From contig NW_027117351.1 of the NCBI RefSeq assembly GCF_038025025.1, forward strand, positions 434,001 through 498,000: a DNA stretch of 64,000 bases, in the 5' to 3' direction. Every line of letters starts with the position of its first letter. The stretch's first letter is position 1. Below the pieces are notes generated by a model. It was given only the letters and a program-made list of their open reading frames with translations, ran no database searches and was not told the DNA's origin. A program made the translations under genes and the position numbers. This document shows positions 61,233-64,000 of the stretch, in pieces. The stretch comes from Phyllosticta citribraziliensis (lineage: Eukaryota).

Positions 61233-61607
61233 TTGCTTATTGATGATTGGAAGTCGTGCGCGGAAACGGAAACATCAAGGTTGGGACATCGCTGTAGGTG
61301 GCCAGACAAGGGCCTTGACAGCAGAACGATCTCACCAGCTCCGAGCCTGCCCGATGAAACGGCCGCGGAAAGCGATGCAGAGGAAGACCAGAATGCAGAG
61401 AACGAAGAAGAAGTCGAGAGCTTCATCAAGAAGCTGGTGGACCAGATTGCACCAAAGCGATCGATGGACGACCTGCTTGCAGACGTAAAGGCGTCGACTT
61501 GGGGAAGTACGAAGCCAGAGAAATCCCGCGCCATGGAGGCCAAGTTGCAAGGAGGCAAAGGCCAAGCTCATTCAGCTATGGGTCGACGCAATGAAAATCG
61601 ATTATGA
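61233..61607 (+). CDS. Possible small acidic hypothetical protein (3' exon)
   Basis: Acidic helical stretch ESDAEEDQNAENEEEVESFIKKLVDQ. The start and 5' exons are unresolved. Confidence 0.3.
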   Translation: MLIDDWKSCAETETSRLGHRCRWPDKGLDSRTISPAPSLPDETAAESDAEEDQNAENEEEVESFIKKLVDQIAPKRSMDDLLADVKASTWGSTKPEKSRAMEAKLQGGKGQAHSAMGRRNENRL

Positions 61608-61724
61608 ACCCCCTGGCAGGTATGTCCCACGAATTTTTCTGACCCAATGTTAAGGCCGCTGAATAACTGACCCCCTATTTTGAGTAACTGACACCCCTAC
61701 CTAATTGGAAGTAGTCTGCGCCTG

Positions 61725-61818
61725 ACTGCTTGCTTGACTGCGCGCTGCCATATGGAAGAATGCTCCCTGAGTGCACTCACATTGCCAGGATGTGTTGCAT
61801 TCCTTTTGACACCCACTG
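61725..61818. mobile_element. Partial MITE family A copy
   Basis: GAATGCTCCCTGAGTGCACTCACATTGCCAGG...TTTTGACACCCACTG matches the right half of the 1196 copy. Confidence 0.6.
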
Positions 61819-62147
61819 GGTGCAGTCTGTCTTTTCTTTGGAATCACAACTCCAACGCCAGACCGGCGCCTCAGATGCGCAATCCCACTTACAGTCTCCA
61901 CTCTTTTCCGCAGCTCTTTTTATGATCGTCTTGAACCGTAAAGATGGATCATCAACCGATCTGGGACAGTCTGAACAATTTTTTGGACAAACTAAAAGGC
62001 CAGAGAGAAAGGAAAAGGCTCCATACAACCAAAGAACAGCATGGGACAAGAATGACAAATGAGGGTAAGACGGTGACCCAAACACACTCGCTCGCGCAAC
62101 TTTTTCAACCCATCCAAATGCAAAACACCGTAACGACGAGACCAAAC

Positions 62148-63117
62148 TCAAATAAGCGAATCTTTTCCAACCATGGCGACCTTGTGCTCCATCCACTCGA
62201 GTACGTTTGCGATAATGCCTTCCTCGATGCTGGCCGGGCATTTCCCCATCTCGACGTGCTGCACCAGAGCATGAAACTTGGCAAACTTGGAGCCGCAGCC
62301 CAGGCCGGGGCACAGGAAGGGCTGGGGGTTCTCACGCTTGTAGACGCTCGCGAGGTCGATTCCCAGCCTGAGATCTTCGCGGTAGGCCGGGTCGACGTAG
62401 GCCCACGAGGGATAGAACGAGGCAGCGATGGAGTTGAGGTGGAACGAGTCGATTCCCGATGGGCAGTTGCCCTGTTCGAGATGGAGGAGCACGTCGCAGA
62501 TGCGGGGCAAGGGTTTGGAGCAGGCCCAGCAGGGAATGTCGTGCGGCCTGTGCGTAATCATGTGCTGTCGCGGAGAGGGTTTTCAGTGCACGAGTAGCCA
62601 GGGGGTGCTCGAGGGACACGTTGAATTGAGATAGTTTAGCGGCGAGAGAACATACCTGCTGCACCTCATGTTCGCTGCTGTGGTGCTGCTGGCACTCTTC
62701 GCATGCAAAGACTTCGTCAAGATGGCTCATGTAGACCTTGAAGTCGACAAAGACCTGCAGACAGCCCCGGCACGAATGGAACTCGTGGGCTGCCAGGTAG
62801 TGGTTGAGCAACTGTTCAATGCTCTCGCCGTCAAAGGTGCAGCGCTGGCCATTGGCATGCAGGGCCAGACAGATGAAGTGATTGCTCGAGTCTTCCCAAT
62901 GTGCTTCGCGTGCCGAGCGACTGACAAACATGCGCTGGCACCGCTTACATTCGAAGGCATCGAAAACGGATGATTCGAGTTTGGGCCCGCCAGCCGTCGA
63001 GCCTGCAGAAAAGTCGAGATTGAAGTACGGCGAAGAGTACTCTATTGGATGGTTTCCCAGGTATGGAGGGGGTGGAGAAAAGATCGACGGCAGAGACGCT
63101 GATTCGACGGCGAACAT
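62148..63117 (-). CDS. C2H2-type zinc finger protein
   Basis: FECKRCQRMF....AREAHWEDS.NH, CRGC, CEEC..H, intron ~62567-62655, CWAC...LHLEQGNC, FLCPGLGCGSKF....ALVQHVE...C. Confidence 0.8.
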
Positions 63118-63853
63118 GGTGAATGCTGACTATCCACGTCTTGGATTGGAATGGAAGGTTTGGAAAGCTGAACAAGACGATGCGGGACGGACTTGATTTC
63201 TTGAGTTTTGAATCTGATTGTGCCGTCTTGGAGCAAGGGAAGCAGGTCTGCAGTGGGCCGCGGAGCTGCAGTGTCGACCTTACCTTGTGCTGTACCTGCG
63301 TTATCGCCCAGTTAGAGTGCTTGGAAAAAAGAGAACAAGACATGCATTTGCATGTGGTATGGATGAAGCAGAGGGCAGCAAAGGCTGCCAGACAGTCGCC
63401 AAAGTGGGTCGCTTTTTGAAAATAGCGGAGGACGCGCCGAAAACTTAAAGTCAACGCGACCCCAGTAGAGCGAACCCTTGTCGTGTCGCGCGTCCACCCG
63501 GAAACTGCAATGATAGACCGGTGGTACCTCCGACTCGCCCAAAGTCGCCTACGATGGACGTTCCGGACAGAAGAGAGAGGTTCGCGACTGTCGAATCAGT
63601 CGTCGATGCTCGTCGTGCTGTTGGACGGGTCTCTAAAAGCCCCCCGCCGCCTGTCGCTAGAGCTCCGCAATGCTTTTGAACTCTTGTCGTTTGGAACCAG
63701 GGAGCTTGGATCCCCACATGTACGCAGCAGCTAGTCCCCGTTGTGGTATACCTTGAGGTCTGCTACGTCATAGATCGCAGCCCACCTGCATAAGGTAGTG
63801 CGTGTCAAAAGACTCTGTCCGTGATTGCAAACGGCGGCTCCCAGGGCGCGGCC

Positions 63854-64000
63854 ACAGTGGGTGTCGAAAGAAATTACAACTCCTGGCAATACAAGCGTGT
63901 CTAGGGAGCGTTCATTTGCTGCTTCGCCTGCGCTTAAGGAGCATTCATTTACTGCTCCGCCTATGTTTAAGGAGCATTCATACACCTGTACATGCGCTTA
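63854..64000. mobile_element. MITE family A copy, truncated by the window end
   Basis: TIR ACAGTGGGTGTCGAAAGAAAT preceded by GCGGCC. Three GGAGCRTTCA cores 33 bp apart. The reverse complement aligns with 1251-1366. Confidence 0.75.

Overview
Gene-dense, intron-containing eukaryotic DNA from a filamentous ascomycete. The short 42-65 nt introns with GTRAGT/GTATGT donors and CTRAC branch points support this; a Dothideomycete is my guess from gene style only. Recognisable housekeeping genes: an SLC35F-type transporter (partial), PEX8, a TMEM170-like gene, DHFR, MED22, eIF5, an SDR, ECM14, a Sec7-PH Arf-GEF, SFC1, twinfilin, POL1, REX2, a NADAR protein, phosphofructokinase, an OPT transporter and a C2H2 protein. 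Three things are not explained by ordinary annotation. (1) A head-to-tail array of four diverged paralogs (5.7-11.0 kb) encoding low-complexity proteins that end in a WxCCxCG...C..C.H.RC..C zinc-binding motif. (2) Immediately after the last paralog, a 4-copy ~190-bp tandem repeat in which every unit carries the gene's last codons plus an intact 55-56 nt spliceosomal intron. (3) Two dispersed MITE-like families with different terminal inverted repeats and target-site duplications that share an internal GGGAGCATTCA core repeated every ~33 bp. Known regulatory features seen directly: two poor-context uORFs on eIF5, MCB-like boxes before DHFR and POL1, a dual-AUG REX2 and a GC-AG intron. No rRNA, tRNA, CRISPR array or transposase was found. 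Exon boundaries were inferred by eye and are approximate.
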